This document shows positions 24,024 to 36,633 of a DNA stretch of 64,000 nucleotides, piece after piece (position 1 is the stretch's first letter; each line of letters begins with the position of its first letter). The position numbers were made by a program, and so were the translations under genes. The stretch is from Takakia lepidozioides (taxonomy: Eukaryota > Plantae > Bryophyta): positions 56,978,001 through 57,042,000 of the forward strand of contig CM060734.1 of NCBI GenBank assembly GCA_030704615.1, given 5' to 3'. Under the pieces are notes generated by a model. That model saw nothing but the letters and a program-made list of their open reading frames with translations. It ran no database searches and was not told the origin of the DNA.

Positions 24024-24478
24024 TCAATAGCATAGGCCAACGTCGTCACCATTATAAGGATCATAAATGCAGGGCCATTTGACCGCGTTGACGGTCAGCA
24101 TACCGTTGGCAATATTGTTGTCCTCTGGATAGAAAAGTGGAATACTCCCACAGGTCACGCAACCGTGAGTTGCAAGTTCTAGAATCAAGTTCTCGATCGA
24201 GTGGTCGGGAGCGCCACCAGATTTTTGGCAGAAGACACAAAAGTGTCGTGCACCTCCAACAAGCCGCAAGCAATCTGTTCTCCATTGTTGTAAAAGCGAT
24301 TGGGGTCGATATGACCATTGATAACGGTCACCAACTTTTGTAGTATTGGTCCATAGTGCATTGTATTCCTACAATACCAGCTGCCGCGACAGTTGATGCC
24401 GAGTGCCGCAACACCGCCTTGAATGCTCAAGGCTATGAGAATGAGAACGGTGAGCACAACTGATGAATGCAGTGTCAT
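24024..24478 (-). pseudogene. KP4 killer-toxin-like secreted protein, intronless, one frameshift near 24265
   Basis: Signal peptide MTLHSSVVLTVLILIALSIQGGVAA, then LGINCRGS..C...NGEQIAC, frameshift, FCVFCQKSGG...HGCVTCGSIPL...GMLTVN. These are hallmark motifs of Ustilago maydis virus KP4 (LGINCRGS, HGCRVCGS, GQLTVN). Confidence 0.9.
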
Positions 24479-24729
24479 GATGAAATGCAATGGTAAGACG
24501 AAGAAATATTACGAGGAGGTCACTTGTGTTTGCTTGGTTACGAGTTTAATGTATTCTATTGTAACCTTCGAGCGGAGACCTATATGTACTTGAGATCAGG
24601 TTGTAGTAGTAGTAAAGTTGCCGGTGAAGGATAGATCAACAACTTCTAAAAATCCGCATAGAAGGTTAATATCCGTGGTAGCGTACCAAAGATGTCAGCT
24701 GCATGTCTTTCTTGAAACATGATACGAAT

Positions 24730-25100
24730 CAACGTTTTTTGTTTTTTGATTTTTTTTTTTGGAAAAATAGCAAGAAATGGTCGTATATTTTGTTCATTTT
24801 ACTGGCGATTTCATCATTAAAATAACAGCATTTGCGACAAAATAGTTTATCTTACGTATTCTTTGTTTTGATGTGGATTCGAATATTTTTTTTCGCCAAT
24901 ATTTCTTCGCCAAACTTCTCCGTTTCAACGTTTCAACGTTTTTTGTTTTGTTTTCTCTGAAAATAACATAAAATAGCCGTATATTCTGTTTCATTTTATT
25001 TGGAGAAGATTGGCGATTTCATCCTTGAAATAACAACATTTGCGACAAAACCGTTTATTTAAGTATTCTTTGTTTTGTTATGGATTTGAATATTTTTTAT
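24730..25100. repeat. ~165-bp direct duplication in the spacer between the KP4 copies
   Basis: caacgttttttg...ggcgatttcatc...catttgcgacaaaa...gaatattttt at ~24730-24893 and ~24935-25100. Confidence 0.75.
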
Positions 25101-25313
25101 AATTTTAGATCAACAAATTTAGGTTTTTAGAAGGTTGTTGATCTATGCGGACATCAAAGTCCTCCACCGGCAACTTTACTACCAACTACTACAACCTGAT
25201 CTCAAGTATATATATATGTCCCCGCTCGAAGGTTACAATAGAATACATTAGACTCGCAACCAAGCAAACAAACGACCTCCTCGTAATATTTCTTCGTCTT
25301 ACCATTGGATTTC

Positions 25314-25463
25314 ATGATGCCACTACATTCATCAGTTGTGCTCACCGTTCTCATCGCCTTAAGCATTCAAGGCGGAGTTGCAGCACTCGGCATCAACTGT
25401 CGCGGCAACATATATTGCTGGAATAGGTGGCACTGTGGACCTGGGGGGTGCACCAAGGTTTAA
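25314..25463 (+). pseudogene. Second, truncated KP4-like copy in inverted (divergent) orientation
   Basis: MMPLHSSVVLTVLIALSIQGGVAALGINCRGNIYCWNR, with homology ending near 25426. Upstream 25124-25313 is the reverse complement of ~24480-24652. Confidence 0.85.
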
Positions 25464-25909
25464 TGTACCTATCACGTGCGTGAACAGAAGGGGGTTAATT
25501 TAATACCCCCACATATAGACTATGTATATATAAATGGGCTAGAAAAGTCCTAAAATATATACATATATTTGGGATTATACTATGAATGTTAGTATGTAGC
25601 GTATTGGGAAGTTGAGTTGGGTGCAATTGCACTCTCCCTTTCCTCTCTGCTTCTATTTGCTATTCAAAGGTAGGATTCCTGCCCTTAGTTTACATTTCAG
25701 TCTGGTGCCGAGAGTGGGTAGACCCTTGAGGTCATCCATGATGTCCTCCCCCATGTCACAGACTGGAAACAAGTCCAGGGAAGTTTTTTGCCTAATTTCA
25801 TTTTCATCAGACAATTTTCTGGAAACGGACATGGCTTTGGACACTACAGCCTCTAAGTTAGTAAGGTTGGGGCATTTGCTGGAGCAATTCTAAAAGGTGA
25901 ATGTCTGTC

Positions 25910-26460
25910 AGATTACCAGATGTGATTCTGAACACTGCCCCTGCCCTGGTGGACATGTTCAACACTATGGCTGAACGAGATGTGGTGTCGTGGAGTGTGA
26001 TGCTTGCAGGGTATGCACAACAGGGGTGCGGGATGGAGGCTCCAACCTATGAGCAAATGATGGGGGAAGGGGTGAAGGCCGTCAACATAAGGTTTGTGTG
26101 CGTTTGCAGTGTGTATGGCAGCCCTGGAAAATGGCAAAGAGATCCCTGGTGACATGATCAAATCTGCAATTGTACCAGATGTCATCCTGAACACTGCTCT
26201 AGTGGCCATGTATGCCAAATGTGGTAGCATTGAGGATGCCAAGGGAGTGTTCACCACTATGGCTGAATGAGATGTGGTGTCGTGGAATGCGATGCTTGCA
26301 GGGTGTGCAGAGCAGGGGCGCCAGATGGAGAGCCCTTTGGAGACCTGAAAGCAAATGATGGGGGTTCAAGGGGTGAAGCTCGACCACATCATGTTTGTGT
26401 ATGTATGCAAGCCTGGCAACCCTGGAAAAGGGCAAAGAGGTGCATGGTTGCATAACCAAA
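25910..26460 (+). pseudogene. PLS-class PPR pseudogene fragment
   Basis: PDVILNTA, ERDVVSWSVMLAGYAQQG and LVAMYAKCGSIEDA motifs with stops and frameshifts. Same repeat type as the gene at 60537-62573. Confidence 0.85.
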
Positions 26461-26651
26461 GCTGGAAATGTACCAAATGGATCAATAGCTACAATAAACT
26501 TGCATGGGTAGATGGTCAACTGGAAGCCGTAGCAGCAGCGGCACAATGATAAACTTAGGCACTGGTAATGAAGGCACTTTCTTCAACACATTTCACCCTG
26601 CCCTAAATTTTCATGTTAAATTCTGCAAGTTAGCTGGTTGAGTGAGCCTTT

Positions 26652-27960
26652 GTGCCTGGCAAAGACACATATCACTGTCGAGTTATTCTTGAAGGCATGT
26701 ACCGTGTTGAGGTCCGGTATGTCTACGTTTCAGATTGTGGCTTGCCTCATCCTAATGAGGAAGACGACCCACCGCAAACTGAGTTGGACCACATCCTCGG
26801 TATGAACACCCTTCGGCCAGAGAAGAACCCGAGGAGGGGTTAGAAGTATGGTTCGCCCGGGCATAAACATTGCTAGGAGTGAGGAAAAGGCAAGAAAGTA
26901 GTTCATGGCTTTTAGCATACTTGCGGAGACGTAGTGTAGATGTAGTATGTCACCCTTTATCATGGCTAGATTTTGTTGACTTTGTTCCAGCACTTTCTCA
27001 CTTGGATTTTATTCTGTTTTTTCAATGGTGAATCTTCAAGAGTATTTGGGTATGCATATTCGCTTGGAATGTATGGGAATTGTATGAGAATGTATGAATC
27101 ACTTACACACCACTCTGTTAGTGGTATATGTAAGACTGTCACAGTAGGCGAGAGTGGTTGTACTCCTCCACATGCAGCCCTAACCACTAACATACCACTC
27201 TAGCAATAATAATTCCAATACACGGTCCCTTACGGACATAGTGAGTGATTTTAGCACACAATTAACCACTACATCGTACAACCACTCAATCCGTGGTTTT
27301 AGCACACAAAGTAACCACTACTGCAATAATGCTACAACCACTCAGTAGGTGGTCTTAGCACACAACCTAACCACTACTGCAATACTGGTAGAACCACTCA
27401 ATAAGTGATAATATGCACTATTCCTGGTATTTAATGCTCACTCACAGAGTTGTTTGTGTAGTCATTGCATTTTTTAGCGCATCCCTAAAATAGGGCACGT
27501 GCTCATTTGCAATATCGCCACGTGTTCAGATCATGGTCAACATAACCGTGTCACTGGATTTGTCCACGTGTCCATATGGATACGAACACGTGTCCGTCCA
27601 TTGCTAAGTATGATCGACGGAGTTGTTGCGTCCACATCGCATACAATGGAAGTGGTTGGAATCACTATGTTCTGAAGTGGTTAGTTTACCACTGTGACAC
27701 GTCAAATGTGACTTGGTTGACCACTGTGACACGTAAGCGACATGTCATAAGTGGTTAATTTACCACTGTGACACGTAAGCGAACAGCTGGACTTGGAGGC
27801 AAGTGATCGTAACCACTGTCTTTAATCACTACGGACACGTCATGTCTTTAACCACTGTTGAATCAAGATCCACTGGGTCTAGACCACTCTAGGGCCAGAG
27901 TGGTTGGGTGTCTTTTCCCACTCAAAATGAGTGGTTACCAGAGTGGTTATTCCGTGTTTT
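26652..27960 (+). mobile_element. CACTA (En/Spm)-like remnant: TnpA-like C-terminal fragment followed by AACCACT/AGTGGTT subterminal repeats
   Basis: YHCRVILEGMYRVEVRYVYVSDCGLPHPNEEDDPPQ resembles Tnp1/En/Spm-type domains. Dense aaccact and accactgtgacacgt repeats in both orientations. No intact terminus. Confidence 0.4.
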
Positions 27961-29559
27961 TCTTCTGGTGTGTCAGCCATCTTTTCTCGCTTATATTCAT
28001 TTTGACTCAGCCCTTGAGGCCCATCTGGCATGGCAGGTGGCCTACTTGGCTTGTTGTGCGTTATGCCGTACTATCACAAATACTCTGTTGTACACGAACA
28101 ACAGGACCGCTCGACAATTAGCTTCGTTGAGAGAGTGCGTAGGATGTGCTATCTACGGTCATCGCCCCGCCTTTGTGGATTGGCTGATTGGAGTCGGCCC
28201 AGGAGAGGACGGGTTCGAGAGTGAGCGTCTCACACACCCGAGGAATTCCTGCCAGCCATTCTTATCACCCCGATACTATCACTGAGGGTCCACGCCAGTG
28301 GCTCTTACTCGTGAGTTGATTGCATCCGGTTCACTATCACTGCTAGACATAGTTAGAGACCGGCCAGCAGAGAGTTCTTTCATTGCATTACCTGCTACAG
28401 TTTGTAGGTCGCTCCCACCGGATCCAGCCCAGCCAGTAGTTTTCTCTTTCGGCCGGGGAGTTCTTTTGGCATATTTGTCTTGTTTACCGCTTCGAGTGGT
28501 ACATGCGGCCTCCTAAGTAGAGAGTGCCCCAAGTGGACATACTGAGTACACCTCCTCCTCCTCGGAGGAGGACGAGCCCGTATCTAGTAGCCATCAGGGA
28601 TCTCAGTGATTAGTGTTGAGATCTCAGGAACTTCTAGAGTGAGGAGTCCTAGGATGCAGCTGATTTTGTCATGGTTAGGATACAATAGCAGAGTGCGGTG
28701 TATTAAACCAGCCAGACTACATTACGTTTATTTCATTACCCATTGACTAACGCATGCAAAGTATGAGAATGGACCAGTACCAATGAAGAAGTTGGTATGT
28801 CCTTTGACGCGAAAGTGAAACGCATCCGACATCGGTTCTTCCATACTCCGCTAGAAGTTCAAGAACAAATTGAAGCGTACCTACGATATTTGGCTGAAAA
28901 GAAAGAGCACAAGAAACGCTGGATCGACGAACGAGTTTGGAATACCTGAACTCTTCCAGACGGCACCACCCAGAATTTTTACTGGTGCCCCGATAGATTT
29001 GTATTCCCGAGGTGTCCATGTCTAGGTATTTACTTAGGAGCATTACACCTAAGGTCATCATTCGTGGCCCACCTAAGGTGACAAATTGATTTCTTTACCC
29101 ACTGTGAGTCTTGCCAGTTCTTTGCAAGCCAACATCTGATACTCCGATCCGAGTGATCGCATTGTGAAGGACCTTGGCCTATCGAGTATCCCTAGATTGC
29201 ACACCCAGACGTGCCTCCGTTCCATGGAAGGTATGTAAATTTGACCTCGCCGATTCTTGACATGGTTGTTCAAGGTAATATAGGTCCTTTAGTACAGACT
29301 GATGTAGGAGAATCCTCATCAGCACAACAGTGAGTGTACGTCTAGCTCTGGATCAAGAGCCACGCTCCCAAGCCTGGATAATATATCTTTCAATACTAGG
29401 TTGCAAAGAAGACTGGCTAGAGGAGCCGTTAGAGATCAGCCCAGCATTGAGTCCAGAATCAGACTGATCAGAAACTAGAAGTTTGGATAAGATAGAGTGG
29501 GAAGGAGAGAACACCAAAAGCTCTTCAGACATCGAGTATTCAGAACCTGCCAAGGCCCC

Positions 29560-30955
29560 AAGGAGGTAGCAGGCTTGGAAATGCGGTTTCTGGGAGCTGA
29601 TGCGACTCGATAACCCTTTAACCCCCCTAGATGATGGGGTGCTTAAGGATTGTTTTTTGAGTGGATTACGAGAGGCCACAACAAAGACCTGCAACATTGG
29701 TAGATGCCATACAGACGGGCAAGGAATTCGACGTCATGCATCACCAAGTGCAGCGGGCCAAGATGCCAGATTTCGCGCTTCGTCATACCTTACGATTGAG
29801 CCCACGCAGGAGCCGGCACCATGGCGGTAATTCAGTCCGCTTTGCATTACACGCCATTGTATGTAGGAGGAGCAAGGCCATACGCCCCAACAACGTCCCC
29901 CACACCAGTAATGGCGCCGACTGTGCCACAATATACAAGTGCTATCCCTACAAACTCACAGGCAGATTCAAGCGGGCAGTTTGATTTGCGGGTAGGCCAT
30001 CTAGAGGCACAAGTCACTTCCCTCATCAAGACCATCGAAACAATGGGCGATCGCATGAGCTCCATCGGCCAGCAGATCACCAACTATGTGGGGTATCGAA
30101 ATGTGGCTCTTGTTGGAGAATCCGGCCCCAACCCGGCGAAGGTATGGTGCTCAAACTGTGACGGCCCGGGGCATGCTACGCAACATTGTCCTTATCCTAC
30201 CCAGGAAAGGTAGGTAAGCCGGAACCCGACATATCGAGATGGACCAAAACGACAATTCAACCAATCTTGGAGGGGGTGTTAGAAATGTGGAAACTTGCGC
30301 CACATCACCAAGATTGTTGGAGTGATATGGTATGTTTGCATTGCGGCCAAAGAGGTCACCCATTGGAAAGATGTCCCCGTAGGCAGGTGGACCGGCCGAC
30401 ACCGGCCACCATCCAGTAGGGGAGAGGAAAATTCAGAAAGGCAACGAGCCCACGCAGATAGCACAACGACCTAGGCCAGAGCAGGCAGGTCCATCATACT
30501 CAGGGGGTACTGCCGCTCTGGGACAGAATTCCCAAACAGTTTATTCAAATCCTGCGGCTCAGATAGCCCAGGGTTCTTCTAATACGTGGGATGTAAGGGT
30601 GCCAAGAGGACATCAGACATCCACCTCGGCGCCTCCCCAGTAGCAGCAGACCAATGTACAACCAAGCCATGCAATGCGCCAACAAGAGACGCAACACAAA
30701 GTAAATTGGATTGCAAGTGAGCCATGAGCCACTCCAAACACGTCAGCTAGCCCCAAGAAGGGTAGCTATGCCGTGATGACACGACAACAACGAGATACGC
30801 TAGGGAAAGGCCCTTGGTATGTGGCGTTGGAGTCCGTCACGTCCACATCCGAACATGAGGATCTGAACTTCACTGTAATGAAGTCAGACGCACGGAAGGT
30901 GGCGGAGACTGTACTTCAGGAGGAGAGAACATCCATCCCAAGGAGAAAAAGGTAG
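29560..30955 (+). mobile_element. Decayed LTR retrotransposon gag with several zinc knuckles
   Basis: DDGVLKDCFLSGLRE; CSNCDGPGHATQHC; CLHCGQRGHPLERC; a broken third knuckle between them; AVMTRQQ. Confidence 0.7.
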
Positions 30956-31149
30956 CATTTGCTAGCCTCCAGTAGTTCGACCAACCATTTCCCGACCACC
31001 TGCAGCAAGAGCGAAAAGCCCGGCAAACCGGCCGACGACACCGGAAACGCTTCCCCGGAGGAGAATGCGCTCCACCATGCGGTTCATCTCGTAAAGTGTG
31101 TGTTGTGATTTGGTGGGACAGTGAGCCGATTTTTTTTTATATCTGGTAC

Positions 31150-32489
31150 AAAAAAGTCCATAGTGTCTTGATGGATGGATGGAATTGTTCACAAATTTAT
31201 ATTTGTGTCTATTCAAACATTGAGTATCTAGTTATAAAGTCCATATAATGAATTGGTTTGCACAAATAGGTTTTTCAGATGGCATTTGGGACAATAGAGG
31301 GACTGTGACAGTCCATTGGAATTCCCTGCAAAAGTCCATTGCTTCATGGGATTTCATCCAAATTCCAAAATAATTGTATCCACATGTTCAGCCTCTAATC
31401 CACTCCCTTCTGATGATGAACCAGCAGTAACAGTAAAGAGATGGGATGGGACTCTTGGAAAGAGGGTGGAGGTTCAATCATCCCATGTGCACATTGAAGT
31501 ACCAAACATACATGCGAGAGGTTGATGTGTAGGACCAATTGAGTGCGATTTCAGCTCCTGAAATTGCAATTTAAACCCTTGAAATTGCAATCTTGATTTA
31601 TACAATCCATGAATTACTAAAATTTATTAATTTAAAATAAAAATAAAATTTAAAATCACATTTAACTTAAAAAGGACAATTCCAGAGATGCAAGAAAAGT
31701 TCAAATATAGTTCAAATATAATTATAAAGGTGTAGGGTGGGTAGAGGATATTGGTTGGTGAAAGAAGGGGTGGCAACAAAGCCGAGCGGGGGGGGGGGGG
31801 GGGGGGGGGGGGGGGTTCTAAAGGGACCGCCCCAATGGTGGGGTCCACAAGCTAACTTCATGACTGGTGAAACGGTCTCAAAACCCGCTAGGTACAAGGG
31901 CTACGGTAGGGCTGCAGGCCAAAATATAGGTTGCGCTGGGAATTACCGGGGAGGGCCCGAAAATATTTCCCAATTGGATTGAATTTTTTTCTACAACAAC
32001 CTTTGCATATGACATGGACCAGAGCGATTGAGAATTGGATGGTAGATGTGTCCTACGTAATTTTCAAAGCTCAAATGTTGGTCTGCCCGCTTCAAATTGG
32101 ATTTTTTGACCCCCCAATTTGTGAGTACAAAGCAGCTTACATGAAAACAAGTCAGAAAAAAACCAAAACTTCAGGGAAGGTGTAGAAGTGAGATACAAGA
32201 CTCTCATATCATGCAAGGAAAACATTGCCCAATTTTGGTAAATTTCTTGGTTTTTTATGCTCTTCATTTTTAGGAAGGATTCTTTTTGGGGCACATCTGC
32301 ATATTATAATCTTCTAATCTGGCAATTGGATACGGCTGAATTTTTTTGAGGTGATAGTTTGGGTAGATGGGCAATAAATTCAACGGTCACTTTTACAGGG
32401 ACTTAGAAATCTAGGAGATAAAAAGATTTAGTGGGCCAGGGTTTTTTTTTTTCACAGCATGTCGTGAAAATGGGGCCCGACACCCTTAA
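31150..32489 (+). mobile_element. Older piggyBac-like remnant (outer element): transposase scrap and 3' end; its last bases lie at 37467-37477
   Basis: VKRWDG...VEVQSSHVH and QTYMREVDV*DQL parallel QTFMRGLDVQDQL of the inner element. The 3' non-coding region resembles 36890-37400. The reconstructed end is cacccTTAAggg-TTAA. Confidence 0.65.
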
Positions 32490-33204
32490 CCCCTAATGGA
32501 CGAGGCGACCCGTTTCGGGTCGCATCAGGGTGGCTACAGAATTCATCCACGATGTAACTTTGTCGGATGACATCGGATGAAAACAATTTATGAATGAAAG
32601 TTGTGCGCCTCGATGTCATGCACCCGCCTGTCTTGCACCCTTGCTTACGGGCAATTTCTCTCGATTGTCACTGCTTTATGTTTTTGCTGCGCTTGTTTTT
32701 GCTATCGTCGCATGCAGTTGATTGGCAGGGGGGGGGGGGGGGGTTTCTATGTGTGCTCATTATGAGCGCAGCTCGAGCTGCACAGCCACACATTTTCCAT
32801 GCAGGAAACCAGCATGAGTTGTTCCGTTTTGCGAGATATGACCTTGGAACTTGATCTTCCTGCTTTGTGTGCATTGACGATGCTGTTAGGATTCAATTTC
32901 GAGGCGTTGCTGCTTGTACTACCTGCCGTCACAGATGCTAATGCGCGTTGTTTTTGTGTGTGTTCATGTGTGCTGCATTTCTGTATCTTCATCTCACATG
33001 TTTTCTACATAAGCTTGCATTCATTGGGGTGAGTTGGGGTAATCTGTGTGGGGTTTAGGGAATGGATGGCACCTAAACGCAAAGCCTTGGATGCAGGTGA
33101 GCCACCACCACCTCCACTCGAGCTTGCAGGTGCAGCAGAGATTATAAGGGATTGGGCAGTGAGGGAGCAGCATTGCACTGAGGAGCAGTGCAAGGTAATC
33201 TTAG

Positions 33205-34471
33205 CACTCCTACGTTTGGGGGGGGGGGGGGGTGGGGGGTTTAGCGATGCCCTAGCGACCTCCAACCGCCGTGATTAGCGACGGAAATACTCTACGGGGC
33301 CCGGGGCGCGCCGGTGGCATTTTATGACGTCGAGAAGTCGTAGAGACGTCGCTAATTAGCGTCGTCGGGGAATCGTAAACCCCCCGGGACGCCCCGGCGC
33401 AACTTGCGACGTCTGAGCATCGCAAAAAAAATAAAAATAAAAATAACAAAAAATAAAAATTATGCGACGTTTTTTCTGCGACGTCGCATTAGGGACGTCC
33501 GGGGGTCGTAAATGCGACCCCTAGACATCACAGTAGGAGGGTACATTTGAATTTAGGTGGGAAAATTTTAATTTGAATTTAAATTTGAATTTCAAAAACT
33601 AGTTGACCATTGACTCCGGTTTTGTCCAATGGCAGTTCATGCATTGTTCTACATATATTAGGCAATGCATATTTGAACCTATGACCTCCACATTATAACA
33701 TTTCTAAGACACTGCACACTAATCAACAAATCTACAATACATCTCTATATCACAAAAGCAGTCCAAGTATATATATACATATCAAGAGTTAGCTCATAGT
33801 GACTACCACTATCTCAATCCTATCATTGTGTTGCAGATTATGCGTACTCTACAGGAGCTCGTATAGCTGGAACTTGCAACGAGACTTGTCCCCAGAGTTC
33901 TTCAAGAGCAAATATCTATCAATGGCCTAAGTTTTGCAAAGCTGCATTGCAACTTATTGTTGGACAATGGCTATAGTCTGAGGATGCCAAGCCCATTATG
34001 CTCTACAATCTACTCCCAGAATCAATTTTCCGCGACGCCCCCAGGACGCCGGGGCATCGCAGCGCCGCATTTGCGACGACAGGGAATCGCAAAAAAAGAA
34101 AAAAAAAGTTTTTTTTTTGTTTTTTTTTTGTTTTTTTTTTCCGGGCATTGCGATTCCCCGCCGTCGCAGGAGCGCCCGGCCGTCGCAAAAGCATCGCTGT
34201 GCTGCGGCGTTGCGACGTTTCGTTGCGATTCCCCAGCGTCGCAGCATCCCGGGGGCGTCGCAACCCCCCCAGTGCGTTGGTGGGGGAATGGAGTCAGGCC
34301 CCTTTCCGACGACGGCATGGCATCGCAAGATGCCACAATGTCGTCCGAGCGCTGGCGTTACGACGCCTCGACGTCGCAAGTCCCGAGCCGGGCGCTTGTG
34401 CGACGCTGAGTTGCAGGGGGGTCGGTGCGTCCGGGGTCTTGGCGTCGCTAACCCCCCTAAACGTAGTAGTG
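33205..34471. mobile_element. Non-autonomous CACTA element inserted in the piggyBac
   Basis: TIRs CACT(C/A)CTACGTTT(G/A)GGGGG, 3-bp TSD TAG (33202-33204 and 34472-34474), GCGACG/CGTCGC subterminal repeats at both ends. Confidence 0.9.
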
Positions 34472-35396
34472 TAGGTTGCCTGTGTCCAGAGTTCTTGTGT
34501 AGTTTGCCTCCACCGCCATTTGCGAATCGATGGCCTCGTCACCCACGTCCTCACAATTTCTGCTTCTTGTTTAGGTGTCAAGTCGCTCTTATTCTTGGTT
34601 GGAGAGAGAGACAAGAGGAAGGAGACAAGGAGGGTTTTAGTGACGTCGTGAATTTGGTTATGAGAGAAGAAGTCTGGCCCGATGCCGACAGTCAAGCGTT
34701 TGAAGGACATGCCTCGTGCAAAGAGAAGTATTCCTGCAAGTGTGATGGCCCCTTCCAAAGGGGTAGTGAGGAGAAAAAATAAAGTCCGTGGAGAGAATGC
34801 TGGAATTGGGAGATTGTGTGCAAGTCCTGCCTTTTCCATTGACTCTCCAGGTAGAATTTTGAGTTAGGCGCCGGTGATTCCCCTCGTGGGATTGGCGAGG
34901 CCTACTTTGGGTGAGTTGCATCCCAACACGGGTGCGTTATTGAATGTGGGTGTTTCTTCTTCGGCTCCTGCATACTAGCACGATGGGGCCCATTCAGCTT
35001 TTGATGATTTGTTGGGGGACGATGATGGGTACGTGGGAGACTCGGCAGACGAGGCCGATTGGATACTGAGAATCTTCAAATGGAGAGTGATGGTGGTGAT
35101 GAACCTAACCTGGATTTTCTCAACATGTTCAAGCCTTGTACCTAGAAAAAAAGAGTGGGCATCGATTTTGTAAGCGACAGAGATGATTTTAGTGGCCCCG
35201 ACCCTGGGCAGGCTTGCCTCCCTGACATGAAAGGTTCAACTCTATTTGGTTTTTTCAACTGTTTTGGAGGCAATCTGTACTCGAGCGGATTTGCAGAGAG
35301 TCCAACCGCTATGCATGTGAAGCGTTGGGTACAGGGACTCGTGGAGGGCCTCGTTGGAAGGAATTGTAGGTTTCTGAACTGCGAGCTTGGATTGGT

Positions 35397-36633
35397 GTGT
35401 GTGTGTTTATGGACATGAAGAAGCTGCCCCGTACTCGTTGTTACTGGCAACACTCTGATGTGTTCTTCTCTTGCCCTGTCATCCGCAAAGTAATGACCCG
35501 AGACAAGTGGGAGGCCATACTTAGATGCCCGCACCTTGTTGACAATTCCACTCTGGTTTCTGATCGCTCAAGTCCCAATTTTGACAAGTTGGGAAAGTTT
35601 AGGTGGGTTTGCGATGAAGTAGTTGCTAGATGCAAATCGTTGTGGAATCTGCACAAGATGTTGACGGTGGACGAGCTTATGATCCGTTACAAGGGGAAAT
35701 ATTGTTCGTTTAGGATGTACATGCCAAAGAAGCCATGCAAGTGGGGCATAAAAGCTTGGGCATTGGCTGATTCAGAGACGCATTATGTGTACGATTTCTC
35801 TTTCTACTGTGGGAAGAATGCAAAGGGCCCTGAGGGTGACAGGCCAAAAAGTGGCAAAGGTGAGGGTTATGATGTTGTCACCAGGCTTGCTGCGGGATTG
35901 TATGATTTGGCATATAATTGTCACTGACAATTACTTCACCTTGGTGCAGCTTCTCTATGACTTGGCCCAAGTTGGCACTTGGGCCACTGTCACAATCAGA
36001 TTAAACAGGAGAGGCTTTCTTCCCTCTTTGATTAGGATGAAAAAGTCTAGGACTGCCAAGCAAGGCCAGTCATGGTACATGATGCATGCTTCTAAGCAGC
36101 TTGCTGCAATCTTGTGGTGGGAGAAGAAGGGGGTATTTCTTTTGTCTTCTGCAGCTAGGCCAACATATAGGCCTTCTTCTCCTATGTCTGTAAGACGATT
36201 CGTGGGACACCAAAGAGTGTCAGTGCCATTTGTTCCTGCACATGTGCAATATCAAACATTTATGCGAGGATTAGATGTGCAAGACCAGCTTCGAGGTGAG
36301 TACAGCTTGCAGCTGCGCACAAAGAAGTGGTGACATCGTGGATTCTTCTTCCTTATGGACACAACAATGGTGAATGCATATATTTTGCATTCAGCCCATG
36401 TCACCAAGATGGGCCGGCGGGCCATGAGCCATTTGGAGTTCAATTTGGCGTTGGCTTATGCATTGACAGCAGGGACCTGCACAGACAACATGGAGGGCAT
36501 TGACGATGGGTCTTGCACATTTGTGCATCAATGCCTTCACACAACGCAGAGGCGGTTGTGTGGTGTTTGTCATGTGCGCACTCATTACTACTGCCCTGGA
36601 TGTGAGGGCAAACACTTGTGCATTGGTGCGTGA
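35397..36633 (+). pseudogene. piggyBac transposase core (DDE_Tnp_1_7-like) and Cys-rich C-terminal domain, disrupted
   Basis: TVDELMIRYKG, YMPKKPCKWGIK, VTDNYFT, MRGLDVQDQL, CGVC...YCPGCEGKHLC. Frameshift near 35900 and TGA at 36331. The N-terminus probably starts at MAPKRK (~33066). Confidence 0.9.

Noticed and set aside
31627-31982. Poly-Pro/poly-Gly ORFs
   Set aside because: Produced by a G homopolymer run.
33957-34839. Several overlapping ORFs on both strands
   Set aside because: Artefacts of the GC-rich CACTA subterminal repeats and homopolymer runs.
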